From: Oopsacas minuta
Taxonomy: Eukaryota > Animalia > Porifera
DNA length: 60,685 bases
NCBI GenBank assembly: GCA_024704765.1
Contig: JAKMXF010000304.1
Location: forward strand, 1-60,685
Reading direction: 5' to 3'
The translations under genes and the position numbers were made by a program. The notes beneath the pieces are model-generated. The model ran no database searches. It was not told the origin of the DNA and worked only from the letters and a program-made list of their open reading frames with translations. Positions 14,471 through 26,760 of this stretch are shown here, piece after piece (positions within the stretch are counted from its first letter, which is position 1; each line of letters begins with the position of its first letter).

Positions 14471-17400
14471 CAACTATAGGCATAAAAAATGCCTTGTCCG
14501 TATTATTGAAATTTAAGAGATGATACAATTTTCTTACATGACCTATCATTCATGATATGAAATTTTCTGAAATGTGGCATAGTCTAGATTGGATGGTATA
14601 TGTTTCTATTCTTGAAGAGAAACATGACCACAGCAAGTGCTTACTACCGTCTTTGTAATATGAAATGAGCTAGGGGGAATGAAGTGAAGAAAGTCCAGAG
14701 AAGGGGCGAATGTAAAAGTAGGAAGATATATATATACTTATGCTACTATACGCAGAATTTCGAAATAAGGACACCCAACTTGTTTCTTGTTGCACGGGAA
14801 CATGTGACAATACTTCTTATTATAGTAACAGTTGAAGTAATGACGCAATCGTGGGCTTGATGTGTTTTGTTTGATAAAAATGTATAAACTGTATTCATGA
14901 AACAATGTGAATATCCTCGCTATCGTCGTGGAATATAATTACAGTGAACTCCGCTGAATCGGGAAATCCGCTTAATTAATGTATCAACGTTGGTATTTAA
15001 ATATCTAATTACTTTTGAACGAAAACAGTTATCATGATGAAGTGGTCAGATACCTCATTTATCATATTAAATAACATAACTAGGTACTTAGCAACGGAAA
15101 TATAGAATGGAATTCACACATAAAAATTATGTTGCGCATTGAAGCGTATTTAGTAGTTTAGTATGTCAAATATATTACATAATTGAATACCTCTTGAAAA
15201 TTTCCAAGCTATCTGATGCTATCTGTATTTTTGCGGCCTCTCCAATTTAGGAAATAATCGAGTTTTGGAAAAACATTTGTGGAAAATGAAAAAGGATAAA
15301 ATTTGGAAAGTTGGGAGTATTTTCCAAGTATTTACGCTTTTAAACTGAATGAAGAAATGCTTTATTGAGGCTGTGGAAGATGAAATGACTAAAATATAGA
15401 AAATGTATGAAAAGCAGCCAGATTGAATTTGATGAACATTTTTAATTTGCAATTCTACATTTCGCAGGTAAATTCCATGAACTTTGACAAGCAAGTGTAT
15501 GCGCTATAAGAATTTAATCACATTTATTTTTGGATTGCATAGTAAGTAAGTAAGTAATGGTTAACATATTCGAAGTTCAAAAAATCAATTCCATGACAAT
15601 TAATATTTTCCCTATTCCGGGCGCAAACCACTGTGTGAAGCAACTGTAAATTTAAATGCTGTAACTTAGAGGCAAAAAGTCACCCTTTGGTAAGCATTTC
15701 GAAAAATTTATGAGATTACTAAATCCAATATCAAGTTGAGAACACCCTTGTTATTGGAGATAGTACTTCTCAAGTAAAGAAATTATATATGTTACTATCC
15801 TAGAATAATTGAGTTTCTATTGGAATAATATATGCCATCGTTGCCATTGTGGAGTGGAATAATTTTGTGTACGATCAATACAACATGTTATGTTTTAACA
15901 GAGTGCAACGATATTTTGAGAACTGGTTTAGGATAGTGAAGCACAGTACTTACACTTATGAAACAAGAATGAGAGTAAACTGATATCATTAGGTCGATTT
16001 TTGTAACTATAGAGGATAGCATTGCTGCATGTAAATCTGCTTTTATGCAATTTGGAAACAAAAAATTTATAAAGAAAAGAAAAAGCAAGTACAAAATGTA
16101 GAAAAGTGTAAGGAGGTATGGTCTAAACGGAAAAGACCAAACAAAGCTATATAAACCTTCCGAATACAATATTTCAAAGGCATTTGAAGTATTAAATCGA
16201 ATAATTGACCATTAGTTAATCTACAAAAGCCGTAGTAAATACAGAAATAAAAGTACCAGAGGAAGTTCAGAATATTAGTTTACCCTATGAGGAAGTAGAA
16301 ATAAAACCGATTTAGACCATAAAGAATTGGGTGTACTAGATTATACATTTCCTAAATTCTAACCCATTATTTATGAGACGAAATATATTTGTGAAAGGTT
16401 AATTCACTAGTTTATGCTATATATGAAATCCACAAAATTCAAGTAATTTGTAATAGTGTTTACATTATTTCTTATGACAAGTTTGAATGGAGAGAGTTGG
16501 TGTCTTTGATGTACACTACGTCGGCGAATGTATTTCTTAACCAATTTCAATAGTTCCGTGGGCAGTAAATATTTACATATATGTATAAATAAGGTATCTT
16601 GTACAAAGTAAAGATCATCATAGCCCTGAATACTGTCTCTAAATTCATTTCTATGAACGATCTTGAGGAAAATTTCTATAATATGAGAGTGGTATAATAA
16701 TATAGTGTTATTCATCTGTGCTATTACACAAGTAATGTATATCAACTTTTTTGTGTGTTGGTTAACTACAAAGAAGTTCCTAAATTAAAATATTTGTGGA
16801 AACAAGTTGCAATGGGAACAATAACAAATATGAGAATATGACTTCCTATACATACTAATGATCTAAGCAAGTGCTGTATAGTCTTACAAGTATAGTCTGT
16901 ATAATAATTACCATACTAAGCAACTCAAGAAAATTGAGAAAAAACAAAATAAAAATCAAGTAAAATATCATAGAAAGTACTAGCGACCCCTGGTATTTTA
17001 AGGAAATGAATTATAAGATTCGAATTATGGTATCTATAAATTTTGGAGGGGTTCTGAAGAATATTAACTTCAAGAATTAATCTCAAATTTTGAATTCGAA
17101 TTCACCTGTTTATCGAATTTGGAGGTCGTTGCTGGTGATAGTTTTTAGTGTTTCACAAAAATATCGATATTGTATATACATCTCTATCTCAACTATCGAT
17201 TAGCATAAAAATATTTTAAATTCAGTCGGGTTTAGGGTAGAAACATGAGTTTAAACTAACCCTACTTTATGTAGAATATGATTCATCCCCTATCACTCCT
17301 AATCCCTACTTAAAAATTGAATTTCTCTAGCTCCATAAGTTGTTTTTATTTGTTGATGAAAATAATTTACATAAACGTCCATGAGACCAAAGTATGCATA

Positions 17401-19131
17401 GAGATTTCAGAATAGAATTGTGACTTTTAGGCGTAAATTCAAGGGAGTCGTGACTCTAAAATTTTAACCAAAAATTACTAAAAGTAACAGTTTTAAAAAT
17501 GCAAAATTATTTTGTAAACTTCTTTTCTCCACTTTCTAATGATATTACTTTCGTTTAAATCTGATGTGGATAAGTGAGTCAAATTAGAGTCTGAAGTGAC
17601 CCTAGTCAAATAGTCTCTAACCTCTTCAGTTAATTTTAAAATGAAATATTTCAAAAATTAAAAATATTTCTAAAAATATACTTTAAACACAAAATCCACT
17701 AATCCTCAATAGTATGTAGAAGAAATATTGAGAACCCGGTCAAATTCCAGATTATAGTTGACACGTTTTCAAAACCTTAATGCTTATTCATCACACATAT
17801 TTTTACAATTCTGATGACATTTTCGTTATCCACCAACGCTATACATTCGAATAATAACAAGTTTTTTTTCTCTACTATATGGAAAGTCGATCAAAAAATA
17901 CCATTGAAGTGAACACGTTTTTAGAATTCGAATTGGTTGCTAACTCCTTATTCGTCTTTATAATAGCAATCAGCAATATTATTACCCCCAGTCCTGGAAA
18001 GACTTCTACACTATAAGCTCAAATTTTCAAACTGCCGGAACCCGACAACAAAGTTTTGATCATTGAATTCGGATTTATACCTATGGTCCCAATTTATTGT
18101 TTATTGTGTTACTATCATTTATACGCCCTGGTATTGCGATTTAACATTATCTGCGATATATAGAAGAAAGAACACTAATTGTTAGAATAGATCACACAAA
18201 GGGAAATTTGTTCAATAGCAAATTCGTCTGTTACCAAGAAATTTTAAGCAAAACTTGATTAACTATTTGCCCGGACAACACTGTACAAAATGTGACTAGT
18301 ATATAAGTGAATATTGCAAAATACTTCTACATACTGATTACAATATATGCAGTAGGCCATGAAACTATTTATTCCAATAACAACCCCAGCGATTATTCGA
18401 GTAGGGGCTTGTTTTGGGGATGAAATTTTGGTTCCCATTCCATTCCCACATGCTTTCCACGTGAGAATTCCCAAGCCACCCTGTTTGTTTTCAAATCAAT
18501 GCAATTCTTTAGAACGAATATTCGTTGACACAATAATTCATATTGTGTGTTGAACTTATTTTCAAGCAATTTTGAGATTGGCAGTCCACTCCCTTTTTGT
18601 GCAAGGAGCGGAGTTAGGAGCACCCCTCCTTTTTCATGCTAGGAGCGCTGAGCGGGAGTGGCTTCAAAATAAACAGTGCTTAATGCTCTGGTAATATGAA
18701 GGGTGGTCCTTTTAATTACATGCTGAAAACAGCTACTTCTGATAGTAACTGATGTGGGTGGGTAGGTGTCGAGAGTCTAAGGGAATCTCAACTCACTTAG
18801 CAGTGGTTCTGTCAGTTTGGGGGAACAGCACTTTACGGATTGTGCTCTCAAAACTCGGGTAGTACCGACCAAAGGGTGATATAATAAGACAAATATCCTA
18901 AGGATGAAACATCTTACGCGAAAATACGTGAGTAATACGAATCACCTTCATCATATAGTGATTCCTAAATTCATATGGGGATCCAGCCATATTGGATACT
19001 TAGCATGTGAATATCCACTCCATAGTAGTGGTTTCTTATATCAACGGAAACCGTACTTGTAGATATCTTCACTAATCCATAATCCAACTAAAACCAATCT
19101 GATGAAAATTCTATTCCTTAGCTAAAACATA

Positions 19132-19554
19132 ATGGGTCTAAACATTGGTAAAATGATGCAAGATCAATTGAATAAAACTCAAGAGTTCATGATCCAGCAA
19201 GGTCAATTAACAATGGATCGGCAGGGCGTGATGCAGGCAGAGATGTTTCGAAAACAAGCTGCTATAGGTGTTGCCAGAGCACAGGATACAGCTCTGTGGT
19301 TTGGCAGTTTCACACTCTGTCTTGCATTTGGTGCTACTGCTGCATTTGCTAAGACCAAAAATAAGGTGTTTTTTGGACTTCTCCTCCCTACCACTTTTAT
19401 TACCTGCTACTGGATTGATCTCGGATATTTGAATAAGATGAAGAGGATCAGTTCAACTGCTGAAGATTTATTGAAGAATCACAAAACCATCGCTCTACCT
19501 GGTGGCGCTCTAAACTTTAAAGAAATTGAAGCCAATAGATTAGGGAAAAATTGA
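19132..19554 (+). CDS. PLGRKT: Plasminogen receptor (KT)-like membrane protein, 140 aa, intronless
   Basis: It is colinear with PLGRKT/C9orf46: MG..IGK.M..Q.EFM, RQ..MQ.EM..KQ.A..VA, two hydrophobic segments, DLGY, AEDLL, LP.G.L.F..IE. Confidence 0.85.
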   Translation: MGLNIGKMMQDQLNKTQEFMIQQGQLTMDRQGVMQAEMFRKQAAIGVARAQDTALWFGSFTLCLAFGATAAFAKTKNKVFFGLLLPTTFITCYWIDLGYLNKMKRISSTAEDLLKNHKTIALPGGALNFKEIEANRLGKN

Positions 19555-20061
19555 ATATTCCCCTTTTCAAAATGTTAATCGCAAAGTTAACAAATTCTTT
19601 ATATATTATATACTGTAACGTAGGAATTTACATACTATCCGTTATTGAAGAATATCAAGTTTCCGCAAGAGATTCCTCAATTGGGAGCTCACACTACATT
19701 TGTTAGCCGGCTAGGGAAACCTATTTGGTGCGGAAAGAGAAATATAACATCCTGTTATATTATCTATCTCCTAGAATTAAGGGTGCAATAAAGTCAATCA
19801 GCATTTTGATTTAGTGTTATAAAACCTCTGAGCTTCGTTCTACATTTTTTCAAATTCCGATCAGAATTTTAATTGCTGTTGATAGCAATTTGCTAACTTG
19901 TTCCACTTTTGATGTGGCAATGGGGATGTTGGTGCTTCTGGGCTAGGTTTTGAAGACATATTTTTCATGAATTTATCTGAACATCGAATTTATTAATTTC
20001 TGATTTATGTTAAGTTTGGTGCACCTCATTCATTCATTGAGAACAGTAGTGTATATGTATA

Positions 20062-20590
20062 CAGTGAAACCTCGTTTAATGCAGAACAACGGTCTGTCTA
20101 AATTATTTCGCTTTATCCGGAGTAATCAGGGTTGCTAGAAAAGACCACTCTGGAAACAACACCTAGAAAGCCGTTATTCCCACCCTGGAAAAGGCAGCAA
20201 ATTTAGAAAATCACATGATTATATGTATGGCAACATTATCACATGCAAGAGACTGAAAATCTTGAGAAATTATAGTCTTGCTTCATAGATATTTTCCATA
20301 AATCATTTCATATATTTGAAGTAATAACATATGTTATTTTAGCGCATAGTTGTTGTTCCGGTATCTTTCAAGCTCTTTAGAATATTTTTAGGGCATAATT
20401 AATAAGTTATGGAGAGCTAGAAAACAAAGCTGCAAAGACCAGAAAAAGGCGAATTTCCATACCCGTCTTGCATAGAAAGGGAGTTTTTTTCCGAGCACTG
20501 GGCCATTATAGCGAGCTGTTTTTGTGTCTATATTTATTCGTCTTATGGAAACTTATTTATTCCCCTTTCATATTACGAGGTTCCTCTCTA
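20062..20590. mobile_element. Decayed pogo-like MITE
   Basis: The left end is TA|CAGTGAAACCTCG and the right end a degenerate CGAGGTTCCTCT|TA. Confidence 0.4.
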
Positions 20591-21979
20591 TATAATATAC
20601 GTCGATCATTTTCGGCCTTTCACTAAATATGTCATGGTTTGAAGCAATTTAAGGTTTTTCGTTAGTTTTTGGAATTGCCCATTATTTTTCAAAAGATACT
20701 GAAGCGCGTGTCGATTCAAACTTCCTCATCATTCATTAAGATCTTCTAAATAATTCAATGAGAGCTCCGTAAACTATTGTCTTAATATCTGTGAGAAGTA
20801 TGAGAAAATTTCTCAGCAAGGTTTTAGAATTTAGGTGAATATTTGGACTGTGAGTTGATTCAACATATTTACCTATGATGTGGAACAAAAATATTGTGAC
20901 CGACTTCCCTTACCCCAAAGGTTGTGACGCTTCTGGGCAAAGGGTGGGAATGGTTTAAACTTGGTGAGAGCTTTAGCTTCATATACGATTTTTGTCTTTC
21001 TACTTTTAATATGTACACTACATGGACAAAGTATTGAATACATACCCAATTTCCGCATAAATATGCTAAAGTAGGTTTAGTTATGATGCACAGTTAAAGT
21101 GGCGTACGGTGACCAATTTAAGCCTAACATTACGAAAATGCCTCTACTTTATTACACTAATACATTCAAGGACATACACACGAGTTAGTTAATTTGTCAA
21201 GTGAGCGACAATATGGTTAGAGGGAAGTATTTACAGAACGGGCGAGCAAACCGTGTTTTCTTATTTAAATACCTTCATTATTTTCAACATGACATTATGG
21301 AGCTCGTGGATATTATTACGTGGCCATTTTTGGTTAATAAACGTTTTGAGAATAATAACTTTAGGAGTTTGACTATCCCAATTGGTTACATACTAGGTGT
21401 AAATGTTGAACAGAGAATGAATCCAGGTGATAAAATTATATTATTATTCAATAGTTTGGGTAGGCTTAAATTCAAGGAAATACGGTATATCCAAAATATG
21501 AATTTGTTCCCGCGAGTTTGAGGTTGCCAGGCTAATACACTCCACTTGTCTATGATCTCTTGAACTATATTAAACCCCGATGTACACTCAATCTGTCTAG
21601 TATATTGGTAGAATAGGGTATAAACACATTAGGACAAAACGAAAGAAAATGCGCTACTCAGCCATCCTATCTATACAATTACTTCAATACTATGAACCTA
21701 CTTTCATTTTCATTAAGGTTTAGCCACCTACCACTGAACAAAAGCGGGTATTTTCTATTTCACCCCTGTAATTGTGATTCATATCTTCAGAAAAAATCTA
21801 ATTAGTTAGAAAGACGAATAGGTTTATATAAATATAATTATATAGTTATGATTATACTCTAACTTTGCAAATCTCTCTTTTCACATTTCCCTATATTTCT
21901 CTTCGTTAGCTTGGCTGAATATGTTATATTAAAACATTTCGTTGGGACTCAGATTTGGCAACACTACAGGAAATCTTTA

Positions 21980-22330
21980 TGTGGGAGAATGTTTGTATTT
22001 CCTGAATTGAATGAAGAATTTGGAAGACCCCCAGGGATGATCTTTGGCGTAAGGAGTATTTTGGGCCTGGATCGGACAAGTTGAGTCTTGGATGAAAATT
22101 TACATCTATGACGTAATTGGCACCTTTTGTTTATCAAAATCATAGTATTCGCCACTGCTCACCAAATATACATGAAAGATGTAAATTTGCCCCCTAAATA
22201 TGCCAAAGGTCCAGACTCCAGACATCATGATTAGGCCAAATGCAAACTCATGGGATTATTACGTCATCATGACATTACAAAAATTAAAATTTTTCAACGA
22301 GACATTATTTCCAACTATTAGGTGCAATTT
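21980..22330 (+). repeat. Family A Helitron-like repeat, partial copy
   Basis: Shared blocks include GAAGAATTTGGAAGACCCCCAGG, ACTGCTC.CCAAATATAC and GCAAACTCAT..GGGATTATTACGTCATCAT. Confidence 0.6.
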
Positions 22331-22448
22331 ACAATTTGTCCAATTGTCTTGTTTCGAATTCCTGAATTTATGGTATATATCTACCCTTTGAGGGATGAAC
22401 CTGACTGTCAACGTACTATATCATGTGTTACTTAGCACCTTAATTACA

Positions 22449-22554
22449 TGTACATTCACTACACCGTGATCATATTTAAACCATAAAGAATGTACATTCG
22501 CTACACTGGGATCATATTTATCCAATAAATACTTGTACATTTCCCTATACCAGT
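22449..22554. repeat. Minisatellite with a 42-43 bp unit, about 2.5 copies; related copy near 23097-23160
   Basis: The unit TGTACATTC.CTACAC.G.GATCATATTTA.. starts at 22449, 22491 and 22534. Confidence 0.7.
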
Positions 22555-25500
22555 CATTCTCAACAGAGTCCACTTGGCTCTCATGGGGAGGATTATGTTT
22601 AAGGATTATCCACCAGGTCTAATGGGTCACTGACTACTCAACATCGGTTCCATAGTCAATAAGTTTCGACTTGACCGGGTTCAAAAGTTGGACAAATATA
22701 TATATTATGATATCTAACCAATTATGATTGATTAAACATATCCAAACATAGAATTATTCATCGAATATAAAAAAGCGTTAAATAATTATGAATAATAATA
22801 CTTGTTCTGTAACATTCGAATCAGGCCCATGGTTCTCATTGAAGTTGCATAATACGAATCGAAAATAGATTCTAATCTTGGATTTTGGTAAGATAATCAC
22901 TCAATTATTAGAAAACAGTTGTTTGTTTGGTAGACTAACATAAAATTAATCATTACTATTACAAAAATTAAGGTATAATGATGATTCAAAGATAGGGAGC
23001 CATAGAAGAACCTTTGGGTCGCTAGGGGATGAATGCGACGTCGGACGTTAAGAAACACTGCCCTATATTATAGTAATATTTGATCCCATATAATTTTGTA
23101 CATGCACTACACTGGGGCCATATTTAAACCATTTATAATACTTCATTCTCTACACTGGAGTCTTATTAAGGATACTGAAGCTATTGCCATTTGTCTTTAT
23201 CTAAATATACCCAGTAATTGGTAACGTGTGCCATTTTGACTACGGATTGTTAGATGACTTGTGTTGTTTTACAACAGGATTTATAGTTCCACAATTTATT
23301 AAATAGGGAATATTTGAGCAAATAAATGCTTGCATTTAGACACATTCCTGATTGTGTTAACTTATTGGTTGTTAATTTGTTTCTCTTCACATATGTAACA
23401 AATTTATTCGGGAAAAAATGGGCCGTTTCTGCAAAATAGAACTCACATAGAAGTTGTTCTATCGACTAATCTTGTCCAAAATCCACAAATTACTATTAGG
23501 CATATTGTAGGCTATGCCTAGCAGTAAAGGCAACAATAATGGGGACGGGACGCGAATTGTTTAACTGCTGAAGCTACTGTCAAGTTTCTATGATGAAATA
23601 CAATTTTTATACTCAGTTTATTAAACTAGAATTCTTGAAGCAGCTTCAGGCATAATTGTATATATACATGACCTAGAGCAAAACTAAGAAGAAAGGAGTA
23701 GTTTACAAATTTTGCCAACGGGGGTAATTGAACCACGCACCCCAGTGCACTTTTTGGTGGCGGCATCTTTACAATATGTTCCACATAATTACACTAATCT
23801 CACTCAATCGCATACTAATTTATATCGGTTTGAATCATCATACAATATTGTATAACCATTATTCTATAGGAAAGCAGTTGCCAGACGATATAATTTATGA
23901 TATTTGTACAATGAAAAAATATTTTAGATATGAACTCTAATAATCCAAAAGCTAACCATCGGCTGAGCTGAGCTGCTACAAAAGTCAATGTAGTCTTTAA
24001 TTTGAGGCCATTGAACTGTATTCAGTTCATACCAGAATACAATACTTTTGTATGATCACATTGAGAAATTTTTCAAAAGATATCTATACGTGAATCATTT
24101 GAGCACAATGGAGCAGAGTAATCATTATAGAGACGGGTACTTTTCTCAACACACTTAACATACAAAACATCCCAAACTTTACAAGTTTAGTGTACTTAGG
24201 ATATTGGTAGCGGCAGTTGATAATTCTTTTTAGAATGCTGAAAGTAGCGGTGCAAACTCTGGGATATTTCGATGGGTTTCCTTTTACGGGTGTAATTTCT
24301 TTAGGAAAAAATTAAAAAAATTATCAACGCAAAAGAGCGTATGGGTTATGTAATACAATGTTTGTTGTGTAAAAATTGCTATTAACTGACATTTGGGAAA
24401 AATTTTTTAATTTTAAATTTTGAACTGTTCACATCCGAATCGCTTCGGCTTAAAAATCTCAAAAATGTTAACTAGGCTCATTATCTGGCTTGTGAATATT
24501 TATATTACCTCTATTCTATATTTGCGACAATTTCTCAAAACATTACGAACTTCTAACAAACCATTTCTGAGATATGTCCGCTTATATGTGAATATCTGAC
24601 GTTCGTTGAGCATATCCATCTTCATTTTTCATTTTTCATAAATGATCGAACCTCTTACTATACATCATTTCCTCTGTATTATTCATGTACATTATTGTCG
24701 CGTGCTATGTATAGTTATATTAGTACTCACTACTAACATTTAAGACTCTATTATTCGAGTTACGATCCTGAACAATGAACACCTATCCATAATTGGGTGT
24801 ATTAAACATATATCTTTAAATATTGATAGTGTATATGTAACAGTCAATGTGTAAAATCAGTCAATTTACAAATTGACTGATTCACTTAGGCAATTTATAA
24901 ATTGACTAGAATTTTCAGCCAATTTACAAATTGACTGAATCATTGGTCAATTTTTTTGATAGATTGCCTGAAAACATATTACAAATTTAAATCAACAAAG
25001 TAGTGAATAAATGAGAAATCTTGCAATTATTGTTATTCCAAAACATACACGTCTACTCAACTTAAGAATTGAAAATGTATAAGAGAAACCTGACTCAAAG
25101 TAGTGTATCCTCAATAACACATATCAAAGGGAAGCATCTATCGACGTGAAATATTCTGGAGTATAAAAGGCAAGGTATATGAACATCCTCATAACTCTAA
25201 AAGATGTCGGACACTAAGGAACAGTCTTTCCGTGAGGAGATGTTGAAACGAAAAAGCTCCGATGCCAAATCATTATTGATGACCAAACACGAGTATTTTT
25301 TGTTGCTTGAAGAGGTCAAAGTTGCATCTGACACCGCAAAGAAGTCCAACAGGCAGTACTATATCCTTGGCAGGTATGTGAAGAAATAATTATTGGTTCA
25401 ATAATTAAGCTTGAGTCATGGCTGCATTACTTGGATTAAGGTCAAATAAATGTTCTATACAATACCATAATTAGTTCTTTAATTGTATAGAGCCTAAGTA

Positions 25501-26454
25501 CGTACGTTGTTTTAGGATTCCTTGGCTGTACATGGAAAATATGCCAATAATATTGCGGACTACGGTTGTGTACTATGTTGCTGGCATCGATTAAGTGACA
25601 TATTTTATATATTTTGCAGGTACGAAATTCTTCAGTGTGGCGATGTTGAGAAGTTGATTCGAAAGCAAAGTGAAGGCTCCCAAGAAATTATTTACTTTAC
25701 TCACATAGATGATATGTTCGACATCATTAAACGTGCTCATGTTGCATGCGGCCATGGCGGTCGAGACAAGATGACTAAAGCTTTGAACAAATATGCAAAC
25801 ATCGCTCGCGACTCCATTGAGCTCTACAAATCTCTCTGTGTTTAATGTCAACAGAAACGTAAGCGTTCTACCACTAAGGGTGTTGTTGTGAAGCCAATTC
25901 TGCCCAAAGACTTTGGTTCCCGTGCTCAGGTTGACCTCATTAACATGCAGTCTATGTGTAAAGTTTCATATAGCTGGATCATGGTTATCAAGACCACTTA
26001 ACAAAGTATTGTGTATCACGCCTTTGACTTCCAAACGTGCTGCTGAAGTCGCGTGGCAACTGGTTGACATTTTCTTGTTACTAGGCGCCCCTCAAATTCT
26101 CCAGAGTGACAACGGCAGTGAATTTACAGCATCAGTCATCACTGAACTGAATGTTATTTGGCCTGATCTACTTATGGTCCATGGTAAACCTCGCCATCCC
26201 GAAAGCCAGGGATCAGCTGAGAGACTGAATTGTGACGTCAAAGACATACTAACGGCCTGGTTAGGTGACAATGACTCTACAGATTGGCCAACTGAGCTTC
26301 GTTTTGTGCAGTTTCAGAAGAACAGTGGTTACCATTCTGGAATTAAACAATCCCCATTCAAGGCCCTGTTTGGACGTGATGCACAAGTTGGACTACGTTC
26401 AGCATCCCTTTCTAATGAAATCCTAGAACGCCTTGTGTCCGAAGATGACCTAAT

Positions 26455-26490
26455 CACAGTGTGGCAAAATGGCCATAATGGGGAAATAGG
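26455..26490 (+). repeat. 3' TIR of the RAG1-like element: CACAGTG-18 nt-GGGGAAATAGG
   Basis: Read directly as CACAGTG TGGCAAAATGGCCATAAT GGGGAAATAGG. Confidence 0.95.
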
Positions 26491-26760
26491 TAAATGAATC
26501 TGTATTATCGCCACAATTATACTTACATATACTAAATCGACACTGTAGATTTCAAAAATACCAATGATTATTTAGTAGCACGACTATAAACCTAGTTATG
26601 ACGTAATTACTGACATTTTCTAATTTTTAACACTTGTGGTTCATTAGTGAGGATATTATGAAAGTTGATAATACATGCATGTCATGGTCTCTATTCTGCT
26701 ATTTGATAACGTACAATTTAAAGACCCTTAATTATGTATGACTATTGGATATACTTATTA

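Noticed and set aside
21201-21521. 106-aa ORF
   Set aside because: It has no recognisable domain and overlaps a pogo-like end (AAATTCAAGGAAATACGGTA), so it is probably inside a decayed MITE.
22449-22554. CRISPR-like repeat array
   Set aside because: These are tandem units without unique spacers in a eukaryotic context, so this is an ordinary minisatellite.
26462-26500. Canonical RSS nonamer ACAAAAACC at 12 or 23 bp
   Set aside because: It is absent at both ends. The shared distal motif is G-rich.
26462-26760. RAG2-like gene convergent with RAG1L, as in ProtoRAG
   Set aside because: Only about 300 bp lie between the stop codon and the TIR, and about 670 bp on the 5' side. No kelch-like ORF is present.
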